64,000 nt of DNA from Arenicellales bacterium (lineage in GTDB: Bacteria; Pseudomonadota; Gammaproteobacteria; Arenicellales; Poriferihabitantaceae). The position numbers and the translations under genes were made by a program. Location: the NCBI GenBank assembly GCA_965200715.1, contig OZ241374.1, forward strand, positions 2,917,031 through 2,981,030. Reading direction: 5' to 3'. The notes below the pieces were generated by a model, which saw only the letters and a program-made list of their open reading frames with translations, was not told where the DNA came from and searched no databases. Of the stretch, positions 45,197 to 54,907 are shown piece after piece. How positions within the stretch are numbered: position 1 is the stretch's first letter; every line of letters starts with the position of its first letter.

Positions 45197-45996
45197 GACT
45201 GGATATCCAGGATGGCGTTTTGCACATCTTCGAGTTGCACCTGGTCGTGATGTTCAATGGCCGCGGCCGACAGGGCCAGATGGGCAATGCGGTCGATGCG
45301 TCGGGGCACTCCGTTGCTGGCCTGGGCGATGGCTTCGATGGCATTGGCCGGGAATAGCGGAATCTCGGCACCGGCCAGTCGCAGACGATGTTCCAGATAG
45401 CGCGGGATTTCCTCAGCTTCGAGACTGCCGATATGACAACGTGCGGTAATGCGCTGGCGGAGCGACTCGAACACATTCATCTCGAGTCGGGCGCGCAATT
45501 CGGTCTGTCCGACCAGGATCAGGCAGAGGCGATATTCCGAATCCATTTGGAAGTTGGTGATCAGGCGCATTTCCTCCAGCGCTTCGGTGCGCAGATAATG
45601 CGCTTCATCGATGACCAGGATGGACAGCTGACGGGCTTCCCGGTGTTGCACCGAGAACTCTTCGCGGAGCGACAGGAAGGCCTGGGCCCGGTGGCGTGCT
45701 GGCGGCACTCCGAAGGCCTGGGCGATGACCTGATACAAATCGAGAATGCTGCCGGTGGTGAGCGACACATAGCGGGGACGATACTCGCCCGAATGCAAAC
45801 CGGCAAACAGCTGACGGCAGACCGTTGACTTACCACAGCCCGGCTCGCCGGTCAACAGGCCAATCCCACCACGGGCTTGCCTCAGTTGACCCAAGCGCAT
45901 CAGGGCTTCCTGCTGACTCTGGCTTTGGAACAGTTGATCCGGGGGCAGGCTGGGTTCAAACGGATAGCGGTTCAAGGCAAAATGGTGCTTATACAT
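45193..45996 (-). CDS. ExeA/TniB-like AAA+ ATPase (transposition helper)
   Basis: MYKHHFALNRYPFEPSLPPDQLF...LLTGEPGCGKST (Walker A) ..LSILVIDEAHYL (Walker B). I trimmed the start to the ATG at 45996, which overlaps the transposase stop. Confidence 0.75.
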   Translation of the reverse strand: MYKHHFALNRYPFEPSLPPDQLFQSQSQQEALMRLGQLRQARGGIGLLTGEPGCGKSTVCRQLFAGLHSGEYRPRYVSLTTGSILDLYQVIAQAFGVPPARHRAQAFLSLREEFSVQHREARQLSILVIDEAHYLRTEALEEMRLITNFQMDSEYRLCLILVGQTELRARLEMNVFESLRQRITARCHIGSLEAEEIPRYLEHRLRLAGAEIPLFPANAIEAIAQASNGVPRRIDRIAHLALSAAAIEHHDQVQLEDVQNAILDIQS

Positions 45997-46785
45997 GGTC
46001 CGGCTCCGTATCGAGTGGGTCTTCGAGTTTGCGAAAGGCAATCGACTGGGTCGGCTGCTGACGCTTGATACGGGTATTGGCTGCCAGATCGACCACGGTG
46101 GCCTGGCCAACCGGTTTGCCCCGGTAGACCACTTGCCGAGGACGTTCGGGCGGTGCCGATGGATCAAACCGCACGGTGACGGTTTCCCCGACCAATACGG
46201 CCTCCACTTCATAGATCACATTTTCGATCTGGATCGTGCGGTCTTTCTTGACCTTGCGCTCGACTTCAAACTGGAACAGATCGCTCAGATCACTCTCGGC
46301 AACCCGGATCTCGGTGCTACACTGCGCCCATTTGTCAAACGGGGTCAGACCCCCGAGTCCATGATGCGGGGTGCGGTGATACTCGCCTTCAACCCAGGCT
46401 CGGAAATGCCGATTCAAGGCCTCGAGACTCTGCAAGTGGCATGCATCGATGCCGCGCAGCACCTGCTGTCGGACCCGCTGCAGATAGCGTTCTATTTTGC
46501 CCTTCCCCGCAGGCTGATAAGGCTTCGCAAACAGGATTGCGGTGCCCAGTTTGGCACACACCAGATCCAGCTGGCGAGAGCGAAAGGTCGACCCGTTATC
46601 GACATACAAGCGCTGCGGAATGCCGCGTCTCTCGACCGCCTGACGGAACACCGTCAGGAAGTCCCGGGCGGTTTCGGAAAAGGCAAACTGGGCATACGGC
46701 ACCACTCGCGTCGCATCATCGATGATCGCCAGTAAATAGGTCTTGCGTAACGTACCTTGCTCGGTTCGGACTTTCATGGCATGCA
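45989..46785 (-). pseudogene. DDE (rve/Mu-like) transposase, C-terminal fragment separated by the RIT insertion
   Basis: ..YLLAIIDDATRVV..LYVDNGSTFRS..KPYQPAGKGKIERY is an rve catalytic core. It continues the frame of 50573..51082 once the insertion is removed. Confidence 0.8.
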
Positions 46786-46882
46786 ATAATGCCGAGTTAA
46801 TAGTAATGCCGAGTAATGAGGAACGAAGCCTTGATTGAAGTGGGTTGAAGCCTATTTTTACTCGGCATTACTGTTGATCTGA

Positions 46883-47872
46883 TTACCCCCCAAGGACTGC
46901 CATTAGTCCGTCCTTGACGCCCTTGAAAGACCCGGCTCGAATCGAAGGCGGAATCGTTGTATGCATGATCTGCAGTTTTTCAGCCGGAGTCGCATTCAGA
47001 TACGCTTCGGTCGATTTGATGCTCGCATGACCCAGCCACAAAGACACCTTACGAATGTCACCTGTCGCATGCAATATCGCCATTGCTGAGGAATGCCGAA
47101 GGCAATGTGGGGTAATGTGCTTGTCGGCCAGCGAGGGAACGAGTTTGCTCGCCTCGGCAACATATTTGCCGAGCAGGTAGGAAACGCCATCGGTACTCAG
47201 TGCGCGACCTCGAGCACTGACAAATAACCAACGGCACTCGAGGGTCGGTCGCACGGCCAACCAGCTACCCAGTGCATCGATGGTCTCGTTCCAAAGTGGT
47301 AGTTCCCGTTCACGCCGACCCTTGCCCATGACCCGTACGCTGCGAAATTCGGGACCGACTAAGCTTTCCAGCGTCATCGAGGTTAACTCGGAAACCCGAA
47401 GCCCAGCGGCATAACACAAGTGGAACATCGCCCGGTCGCGAACGCCGCCGGGTTGTTTGATGTTCGGGGCATCCAGAATCGCTTGCACCTCGTGGGCCTC
47501 CAGCCAATCAATCAGTGGCCTTTCGGTGCGCCTTTGCACAATCGCTTGCACTTGTCTTGCCTGTTCCAGGCAGGTCGGTTCGCGATATTCAAGATAATGG
47601 AAGAATGACTTGACCGATGCCAGTCGAACGTTGCAGGTACTGCGACGGCAGTTTTGCACATGTTCCAGTGAATTCAACCAATCGTACACCAGTGCAGCAC
47701 TGAGTTGTTCGATCTTCAGTTGGCAAGGACGGATACGGTGCTGTTTTGCTGCAAAGCGAACGAGTAGCCGGAAACTGTCGGTATAGCTTTGCACGGTGTG
47801 CTGACTGCAACCCCGCTCATTGGGCAGATGCTGTTGCAGAAAATCGCTCAACAAGGTGGCCAGCTTAGTCAT
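46883..47872 (-). CDS. Tyrosine recombinase (RIT third gene)
   Basis: 329 aa. ..RAMFHLCYAAGLRVSEL.., HCLRHSSAMAIL, LGHASIKSTEAYL (R..HxxR..Y pattern). Confidence 0.85.
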   Translation of the reverse strand: MTKLATLLSDFLQQHLPNERGCSQHTVQSYTDSFRLLVRFAAKQHRIRPCQLKIEQLSAALVYDWLNSLEHVQNCRRSTCNVRLASVKSFFHYLEYREPTCLEQARQVQAIVQRRTERPLIDWLEAHEVQAILDAPNIKQPGGVRDRAMFHLCYAAGLRVSELTSMTLESLVGPEFRSVRVMGKGRRERELPLWNETIDALGSWLAVRPTLECRWLFVSARGRALSTDGVSYLLGKYVAEASKLVPSLADKHITPHCLRHSSAMAILHATGDIRKVSLWLGHASIKSTEAYLNATPAEKLQIMHTTIPPSIRAGSFKGVKDGLMAVLGG

Positions 47873-48785
47873 GGTAACCTCCGAGTCGATTGAAGTGATC
47901 CTGTTCCGTTTGAGCGGCGATCCGGTTCAGCAGTACCGGTGTCGATTGCAGATACCAATAGGTGCTTGCCACCCCGTTGTGTCCCAACGTCGTAGCAAGT
48001 GCCAGAATGTGGCGATTGACGTCGGCACCGGCAGGCAGGTTTTCCAGCGATCGGACGACAAATGAATGGCGCAACGAGTGCAACGTCGGCCGATAACCGG
48101 CCCGTTCATCACGAATTCCCGTGTCTATGGTCAGTCGTCGGAACATGGCTATTGCCTGGGCCGCGCTCGGAGGGCGACCGGAAGCGAGAATGAATAGATG
48201 TTGGTCGGTGCTACCGAGCTGGTTCCGAACCGCAATGTATCGGTTCAGTTGATCGACGGTAGTCGGGGCAAGCACGACGATCCGAGATTTCTTGAATTTG
48301 GTTTCCCGAATGAACAGACCGTCGGGAGCAACATCGTCAAGCGTCAGTCGGATGGCTTCGCCAAGGCGCATTCCGGTAACCGCGACCAGACCGAACAGAC
48401 AATACCAGGTTAACCGAGTGATGGTAGCCGCCGGCGAAATACCGAGGGCCGCCGACAACACGGTTCGAATCTGCTCGACCGACATCAGGTGCGGTGCGGG
48501 TCGAGTGTTCGGGTATGGCCCGAATGCGTCCGCGGGCGGCACTGCATGCCGCGAATCCTCAGCGTGTAGCCAAAGCGCAAAGGAATGCGCGACTCGCAGT
48601 CGCCGCACCCGAGCATAGCGGGAAATCCCTTGCGATGCCCACTCCAACAGAGTGTGTGAGCAGATAAACTCGTCGTTGACTGCAAATCGCACAAACGATC
48701 GGAGGATTTTCGCATGACCTTCGAACCGGTAGCCCAGTTGCTGCTTGGTCTCGACATATCGTCGCACATGATCAGCCAGCTTCAT
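47865..48785 (-). CDS. Tyrosine recombinase (RIT second gene)
   Basis: GMRLGEAIRL, HSLRHSFVVRSL, LGHNGVASTYWYL. I trimmed the start to the ATG at 48785; the ORF track extends to 48848. Confidence 0.8.
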   Translation of the reverse strand: MKLADHVRRYVETKQQLGYRFEGHAKILRSFVRFAVNDEFICSHTLLEWASQGISRYARVRRLRVAHSFALWLHAEDSRHAVPPADAFGPYPNTRPAPHLMSVEQIRTVLSAALGISPAATITRLTWYCLFGLVAVTGMRLGEAIRLTLDDVAPDGLFIRETKFKKSRIVVLAPTTVDQLNRYIAVRNQLGSTDQHLFILASGRPPSAAQAIAMFRRLTIDTGIRDERAGYRPTLHSLRHSFVVRSLENLPAGADVNRHILALATTLGHNGVASTYWYLQSTPVLLNRIAAQTEQDHFNRLGGYHD

Positions 48786-50367
48786 TGCACTCCTCCCCGA
48801 TCCACGCTTGAGCGACTTCCTGCAACATGGTCGTATCGGTTTTCGCATAGATCATGGTGGTTTGAACACTCCTGTGTCGAAGTAACGATGCGATCACCTC
48901 TAACGAAGCACCGGATCGGAGCAGTGTCGTCGCCTGACTATGTCGAAACACATGAGCGCCGCGGTTACCAACAGTCTCGATCCCTGCACGGTCCAGAGCA
49001 CGGTGCGCAATCGAAGTCACGGTGCCCGGATGGCCAAGTGGCCGATACGGCGCACGTGCGGTGTAAAATAACGCTTGTGTAGCTAGGTTCGACTGGTCTT
49101 GCAGCGGGCGCGAGTGGCGGATGTAGTGGCTGATTGCGTCGCCCACATCCTGAGGAAGCGGTAGCACGGTCCAGCACGGTGATTTGCCTAACACACGAAT
49201 CTCGGCCCGATCCCAGTCGATATCGCCGATGCGCAAGGCAACAATATCGCCCGCACGAAGTCCCAACCGTGCAAGCAACAATAATACGGCCCGATTGCGG
49301 ATCCCCACGCGATGGTCCTTACAGGTTGCAATCGCACGTTCGACGTCGTCAGCACTGATGTACTGAGGCAAGGATGCGAGCCGCCACTGTGGGATGGTCG
49401 GCACGGCAGCGAGTAGCGCCGGAGATACGCGGTCTTCGAATACCAAAAAGCGCAGATACATCCGCGTCGCGATTGCGAGTCGCCGGATATAAGGCAAGGA
49501 ACGCCCGCTGGTTAGCCCACCGTTGAATACCTGATGAATCATGGCCGCGTTGTAGGCCTGCGGATTGTCTCCAATTTCCGATTGCAACAAACGTATCAGC
49601 AATCGGTAGCGACGAATCGTCTTTGCCGTGATACCACGATAATGCTCAAGCCAGTTGGCAAAACGCTCCATCTCTTCGGTCATCATGGGCTCATGGTGTG
49701 GTGGCTGCCACCCGCTCACTTCACCAATCTCGATGAGATAATTCACAAAACCAGACACTTCCTTGAGCGAGGCAGGAGTGCAATAACGCCTCCTGAAGCC
49801 ATGGAACATGCCCGGAATGGAACAGACCAGCTGTCTTTCACGAAACTGTTCCAGGGTCTGTTCGGTCAGTTCCGTGAGACGAATTCTTGACCAGTGCAAC
49901 CAGATAATCAGGCTGGACGACGCAGTATGGTAGGGTCGAATAGTCAACTCGGAATAACCACTGGCGCGCAGTCCATCAAGGTATTGGTCGAGTAGCTGGA
50001 AATTGTGCTGCAGGTCGTCTGGCACCGGAACCCGATTGGTGCGTTCAAGGAAGCAGATGAAACGGATTAGGTTCGGTGCAGAACGCCGTTTTCGCCATTG
50101 AGAAAATCCGACGGGTGCCGGAACGCTCGTGATGCATCGGCAGTCATGTTGCAAAAAACGCTCAATGACCGTTGCGTCAATCTGCTCAAGTGCCATGCCG
50201 GACAGTTCAAGCCAGGTGAGAAAATGGCGGATCAGCGGCCTGCTATTCTGTATGCTTGACTTGGCAACCTGCATGGTTTTGAAGTCGTCGGCAAACTCGT
50301 CAATGATCGCATTGAAGTCATCCCGCAACATTGGGGCAACGGGCTGACAATGATGGCTTTTAGACAT
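48772..50367 (-). CDS. Tyrosine recombinase, large (RIT first gene)
   Basis: GLRAGDIVALRIGDID, HVFRHSQATTLL, LRHRSVQTTMIYAK. I trimmed the start to the SD-preceded ATG at 50367. Confidence 0.8.
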   Translation of the reverse strand: MSKSHHCQPVAPMLRDDFNAIIDEFADDFKTMQVAKSSIQNSRPLIRHFLTWLELSGMALEQIDATVIERFLQHDCRCITSVPAPVGFSQWRKRRSAPNLIRFICFLERTNRVPVPDDLQHNFQLLDQYLDGLRASGYSELTIRPYHTASSSLIIWLHWSRIRLTELTEQTLEQFRERQLVCSIPGMFHGFRRRYCTPASLKEVSGFVNYLIEIGEVSGWQPPHHEPMMTEEMERFANWLEHYRGITAKTIRRYRLLIRLLQSEIGDNPQAYNAAMIHQVFNGGLTSGRSLPYIRRLAIATRMYLRFLVFEDRVSPALLAAVPTIPQWRLASLPQYISADDVERAIATCKDHRVGIRNRAVLLLLARLGLRAGDIVALRIGDIDWDRAEIRVLGKSPCWTVLPLPQDVGDAISHYIRHSRPLQDQSNLATQALFYTARAPYRPLGHPGTVTSIAHRALDRAGIETVGNRGAHVFRHSQATTLLRSGASLEVIASLLRHRSVQTTMIYAKTDTTMLQEVAQAWIGEECNEAG

Positions 50368-50572
50368 AAGATATTCTCCGAAATAACCAAGAATATAGCC
50401 TGCCTGTCCGCCGATGTCGAAACGGCATAGCACCAGACAATGGCGAAGAATATGGCCAACAGTAATGCCGAGTAAAAATAGGCTTCAACCCACTTCAATC
50501 AAGGCTTCGTTCCTCATTACTCGGCATTACTATTAACTCGGCATTACTGCATTAATGCCGAGCTCGACATTA

Positions 50573-51082
50573 ATGCAGGACGTCAGCCTGCCATAAGGAA
50601 TTCGATCGCTCATAGGCGAAGCGTCGGCGATCGTGCACCAGCGACTGCTCCGGCGAGACCAGCAGGCCTTCCTGTTCGAACAACCGGTGAATCGTGGTGC
50701 GCGGCAAGGGCACCGCCGCATCGACCCGACCGGATGCATGAGCCTGCTGGATCACCATGCGGGTACTCCAATGCGGATGCTCCTGCTTGAGCGACAGCAA
50801 GATCTCTATCACCTCCGAGTCGAGCTTACGCGGACGCTTGCGGTCCGAGCGGCGTTTCGGCTTGAGCGCCTCAAAACCACCGGCTTTATATTTGACCAGC
50901 CAGTCATACACCGTGCCGGCACCGAGCCGACTCCGGGTCGAGTACGGAATGCGGTACTCCTGCTCGGCAATCTTGCGGATTTCACGCGACACAGACCCGG
51001 CTGGCTCATGCACCAACGGGGCGATGATTCCGAACCGAAATAAGGCAATTTCATGCGCTTTGTCGTGGGCTTGGTCAGACAT
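50573..51082 (-). pseudogene. DDE transposase, N-terminal HTH fragment ending at the RIT junction
   Basis: ..ALFRFGIIAPLV..RTIHRLF..LWQADVLH, then the element-derived stop. WQAD is the start of the catalytic domain. Confidence 0.8.
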
Positions 51083-51177
51083 GATGTTCTCTCCAGTAAA
51101 AACACCGATTGTGCGCCGGATCCCCCCAAATCTCGACTACCATCGAGTGTTGGCAGGCCAAACCCGCTCCTGTCCCA

Positions 51178-51732
51178 TTACGGAGGAAGGTGAAATCCAA
51201 GCGGAATCGACAGCTGCGGCAGCTGCGCTTGACCAAGTTTGCGCAACTCGCACAACACCGCTTCCGATGACAACCACTCGCGGACCTCCACCACCTTGGG
51301 CGGCGTCAGACTGAGCACCAGCAATAATCCCGATAAGGCCGATAAGCACTGATGAACCCGAGTGACTCGACGCTTCAAGGTCCGCCACAGATGCTCCGGA
51401 TGCGGATGGTTCGGGTAGAGAATACGCACCGCCTCCATCAACGACGAGGCCGTCTCGGCTAGCGCAACCTGACGCTCCAGCTCCGCTAACGTACCGCGAT
51501 AGCAACTGGCCAGGAAAATCGGCAGGGCGCTGAAGGTCTTCTGACACCGCTGACAGTACCAGCGAGCGATCTTGATCCCATGCGGATACTTGCGGGTATA
51601 GGTACCATGCTTCTGGGCCCCACATTCCTGACACGATAACCCTTGGCAACACGGCGGCGGCGGTGCCTTTTTCCAACCGGCTGTGCTAACATATTCCTCA
51701 GCGGTTAAATTGGTTATATGTGGATATTGCAT
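51178..51732 (-). CDS. Cys-rich zinc-ribbon-like protein of the transposon
   Basis: MQYPHITNL..CCQGLSCQECG...RWYCQRCQKTF. I trimmed it to the ATG at 51732 because the first 17 codons of ORF 51178..51783 run into the end of the Tn5-like IS. Confidence 0.45.
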   Translation of the reverse strand: MQYPHITNLTAEEYVSTAGWKKAPPPPCCQGLSCQECGAQKHGTYTRKYPHGIKIARWYCQRCQKTFSALPIFLASCYRGTLAELERQVALAETASSLMEAVRILYPNHPHPEHLWRTLKRRVTRVHQCLSALSGLLLVLSLTPPKVVEVREWLSSEAVLCELRKLGQAQLPQLSIPLGFHLPP

Positions 51733-51768
51733 TTGACCGCTCACGGCCCGGCGGTGATGACGCGCGGG

Positions 51769-54185
51769 CTGCCTATTAGCCACAAGTTTTGTCTGGACGT
51801 AAATTCGGATATAGGTATTCCGGATCCAAGCGCTTGAACAGTTCGTAAGCTCGGCCGTAGGCGCCGAGTTCGATATATCCGGTCCAGATCACTTTGTGAC
51901 CGGGCGGTGGGTCGTTTTTCCGGGCCAGATAGCCGCCGAGCATGGCCATGGTCAATACCGCTCGACCCAAATTCGAAGGCGCAGGGCGTTTGCGGTCGAG
52001 GGCAACCAATTCCAGCATGCGGATTTCCAAATGGGAGAATAACACCTCGGCCGGCAACTCCGGCGTGTCCCGTCCCAACAGCACCATCGCATGCAGGCGC
52101 CAGGCAATCACCGCCTTGATCGCAATCGCCCGTTCCAGTCGATCGGCCGTTTGCAGATTCAGGAATTCGGCCTTGCATCCGGATTTCAGGATCCGGTGCC
52201 AGTCCTCAATCCGCCAGCGCAAGCGGTAGTACTCCAGTAGCTGCTCGGCAGCCTCAGCATGCTCGACCGGTAGCGTGGTCAGCAGAAACCATTCCAGCGG
52301 ATCACTGCCATCACGGGGAACCGAGGTCTCCTGTACATGCACCAGGTTCAAGGGCACGCTGGTCGAGCGGGAAGAGCAAGGGTTGGCCAAGATCGTCACT
52401 GCCTGCCAACGCAATTCGCACTCCGCCAGTCGGGCTTCCCGGAACGCTTTCTCCCGCTGTCCCCGGGCCGACCGGCGGGCCGAACTCCGCATCACCTCAA
52501 TTTCCACTCGGGCCTGGGCTGGAGCCTGACGGACCTGGTCAAATAGACGGGCACCCTGCGCACCCAGCACTCGATTATGTCTCGCCCGAAACAGCAAATC
52601 CACATGCTCCAACTGCCGGCATTGTTGGAAGATCTCGTAGGCATCTCCTTCCCGGTCCATGACCGCAATGCAGGACACATCCGGCACCCGTTGTGCCGCT
52701 TGAGCGCTGTCCTGTACACCCCGAATCCAACGCTGGGTCTTGCTCTTTGCATCTTCTCCCGATGGCTCTTTTGGAGACTTTGGAGCATCAAACTCCAGAT
52801 GCATCACCCCCAACGGCACGCCACTCGTCGACACCGCCAGAGTACTGTGCAGATGCAACCCCAGACTGCCTTCGCTAGACTGGTTCTTGCCAATCAGACC
52901 CAGACCTTCACAGGCACCGTGTGTGGCAAAGTTCAGATCCGTTCCGTCTTGGATCAGCAACACCGAAGACTGGTTCGCAATCCGCTCAATGGTCCGCTCA
53001 CGATGCACCGCCAGAATGTTCTCAACCGACACCTCCGACTCGGCCGGATGTTCGATCATCCGGTAAAAACCGGCCACACTCGCCGCGTCCCCTTTGGCCG
53101 CCGCCGGAAACGAATCCATTGGCGATTCCGCCATCCTATGGGCACTCTTGACCAGTCGTTTACTCAATCGTTTATCTCCCAGCGGCGCACCGCCAAATTC
53201 CTGTTCGCTCCAACTCCACCGATCCAAACCCGCGGCCACATCCCGTTTGACGACCTCGGGTGGGCACACCCCCAAAGCCGCTCGCCAGTCGGCGCTCAGT
53301 GGACGACACCAGATGGCCCGTTTCGGCACCCCTTGTCCGGCGGGCGAGAAACGCCCCCGACCGGCCGTTTCACCGACTTTGGTCCAGCCCGCTGCGAGCA
53401 GCGAATGCCCGGTGTGCTGCTGCGCATGCACAAAGGTCTCGACCAGCACCGGACGATAGCCGTAGTGTCGCATAAAATCCTCTCCGAGTCTGCCCACAGT
53501 CTGGGCTAATGCCCACGAGGCGAGATTTTGACAATGCACCTCGGGACGAATCAGAAAGCGGCTGAGATTGGTCACCAAATGCCGCGGCGGATGCCCGGTC
53601 TCCCAACCAATCCACTGATCCCGGGCCTTCAGTAGATAGGCCGAGGCGGAAAATCCCAACCCACCCAGCCAGCCATGCTCCGAACCGATCAGATAGCGCA
53701 TCTGGGCTCCGGCTTGAAACACACTCCCCATCGGGTGTTCCCGGGCCATCAGTTCGTTGAAGATGCGATGCTGGTGATCATCGCAGACCCGAGACACATG
53801 TAACCCCACAATCCGATCCACCCGATCGGGCACCTCGACCGGACTCGGCACGGCCTCCTCCAGCCGTTTCGGATGACCACGAGCCCCGCTACCGGTTGGA
53901 CTGACCGGCAACGAGATCTTGCCCGCCGTCTCGAGTTTCGCCAAGGCTGCACTACAACTGCTGATCCGGGGCAATCCACCGGCATCCTGAAAATCAAACT
54001 GCTCGCACAGGGCCAGGGCTACTTGTCGACGGCTGGTACAGGTCTCTGACTCCAATAGCGCCGAGAGCCAAGACAATCTCTCTGGCTGTAACAGGGTTTC
54101 GCGAATGGGGGTCAGTGCGTCCATGCACCGGAATATAGCCCTTCCGATAAGTTATGTCAAGAGATTATTTGTGTAGAAGAGGCAG
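51769..54185. mobile_element. Tn5/IS50-like IS (IS4 family) with DUF4338-transposase fusion
   Basis: Left end CTGCCTATTAGCCACAAGTTTTGTCTGGAC. The reverse complement of the right end is CTGCCTCTTCTACACAAATAATCTCTTGAC. Flanked by the direct repeat CGCGCGGG (51761-51768 and 54186-54193). Confidence 0.8.
51776..54124 (-). CDS. Tn5-like DDE transposase with N-terminal DUF4338-like domain
   Basis: 782 aa. N-terminal ARDQWIGW..NLSRFLIRP..VLVETFV. C-terminal YYRLRWRIEDWHRILKSGC is the Tn5 YREK-region signature. Confidence 0.85.
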   Translation of the reverse strand: MDALTPIRETLLQPERLSWLSALLESETCTSRRQVALALCEQFDFQDAGGLPRISSCSAALAKLETAGKISLPVSPTGSGARGHPKRLEEAVPSPVEVPDRVDRIVGLHVSRVCDDHQHRIFNELMAREHPMGSVFQAGAQMRYLIGSEHGWLGGLGFSASAYLLKARDQWIGWETGHPPRHLVTNLSRFLIRPEVHCQNLASWALAQTVGRLGEDFMRHYGYRPVLVETFVHAQQHTGHSLLAAGWTKVGETAGRGRFSPAGQGVPKRAIWCRPLSADWRAALGVCPPEVVKRDVAAGLDRWSWSEQEFGGAPLGDKRLSKRLVKSAHRMAESPMDSFPAAAKGDAASVAGFYRMIEHPAESEVSVENILAVHRERTIERIANQSSVLLIQDGTDLNFATHGACEGLGLIGKNQSSEGSLGLHLHSTLAVSTSGVPLGVMHLEFDAPKSPKEPSGEDAKSKTQRWIRGVQDSAQAAQRVPDVSCIAVMDREGDAYEIFQQCRQLEHVDLLFRARHNRVLGAQGARLFDQVRQAPAQARVEIEVMRSSARRSARGQREKAFREARLAECELRWQAVTILANPCSSRSTSVPLNLVHVQETSVPRDGSDPLEWFLLTTLPVEHAEAAEQLLEYYRLRWRIEDWHRILKSGCKAEFLNLQTADRLERAIAIKAVIAWRLHAMVLLGRDTPELPAEVLFSHLEIRMLELVALDRKRPAPSNLGRAVLTMAMLGGYLARKNDPPPGHKVIWTGYIELGAYGRAYELFKRLDPEYLYPNLRPDKTCG

Positions 54186-54433
54186 CGCGCGGGCCACTCT
54201 CTTTCTTCTGAATGGGTGCTCTGTACCTGCCTACACCCGTGCACTCAACGCGCCGTTGAACCGCAACCAACGGGTATATACGATCTGGATGATTAAATCA
54301 TAACTACTGAAAACTGACTGCTTGGAAAAAAGAAGCAACTCAGTCCAGTTTATACCAGAATACAGGAAAAATCATACTGAATGAATTCGAACCAAAAACA
54401 CTACTTTCTCTCAAAATAGTGTGGGAAATAACA

Positions 54434-54601
54434 GCGGGTGTTCAGGAGACAGCTCCTGTCGTGGCCGCAGTGCGGGCACACGAAGCCGTCCGGCCAGCGC
54501 AGCCGGAACAGTGCGTCATGGCACTTGTCCTCGTCTCCGTAATGTTCGAGAAATTCGTTGAGACTGAGGCCTTTCTGGAACTGGACAGGATTTCGCTTCA
54601 T
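54434..54601 (-). pseudogene. IS1595-family transposase, N-terminal zinc-ribbon fragment cut by the transposon right end
   Basis: MKRNPVQFQKGLSLNEFLEHYGDEDKCHDALFRLRWPDGFVCPHCGHDRSCLLNTR. The reading frame then enters the transposon end at 54433. Confidence 0.75.
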
Positions 54602-54881
54602 GGATATACTCCTTTTTAATCAAGTGGTTGCATCTGTCCCATTGTAGCACAAAACCTGCTTATGATTAGTGGTAATTAGGAAATAATTTGTTAGTTTAGG
54701 TCTGATTTTGTCCTTGTAGTCAGTTTCACGATGTGGGTACGATCGAGTAGTTCCATTTCGGAATCTGACTATCCCAGACTAGGTTGAGTGCTTGCTTCTG
54801 CACATCGCTAATGGCAATGCCTTTTTCAGCGAGTAAATAATGGCCATCCGAAAACATAATTCCCTGCAAACTCTATTGTAG

Positions 54882-54907
54882 CAGAGGTCGTTTCTGCCGC
54901 GGTGATG
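54882..54907. repeat. Invariant 26-nt porin 5' element
   Basis: CAGAGGTCGTTTCTGCCGCGGTGATG. Confidence 0.9.

Larger units (their letters stand above)
46786..50572. mobile_element. RIT element (recombinase-in-trio) with 87-bp perfect terminal inverted repeats
   Basis: Three overlapping tyrosine-recombinase genes. 46787-46873 is the exact reverse complement of 50460-50546. The 10-mer TAATGCCGAG and its complement occur 8 times in the ends. ATGCA flanks both junctions (46781-46785 and 50573-50577). Confidence 0.85.
44059..54433. mobile_element. TG..CA DDE transposon (Mu/Tn7-superfamily-like: transposase + AAA ATPase + Toprim protein) carrying two nested insertions
   Basis: The left end is TGTTATTTTCCGCAATAAG. 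The reverse complement of the right end is TGTTATTTCCCACACTATT. The same two ends make up the MITE at 33863-34120. Native size is about 4.2 kb after removing the RIT (46786-50572) and the Tn5-like IS (51769-54185). No clean target duplication is seen for this copy. Confidence 0.65.
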
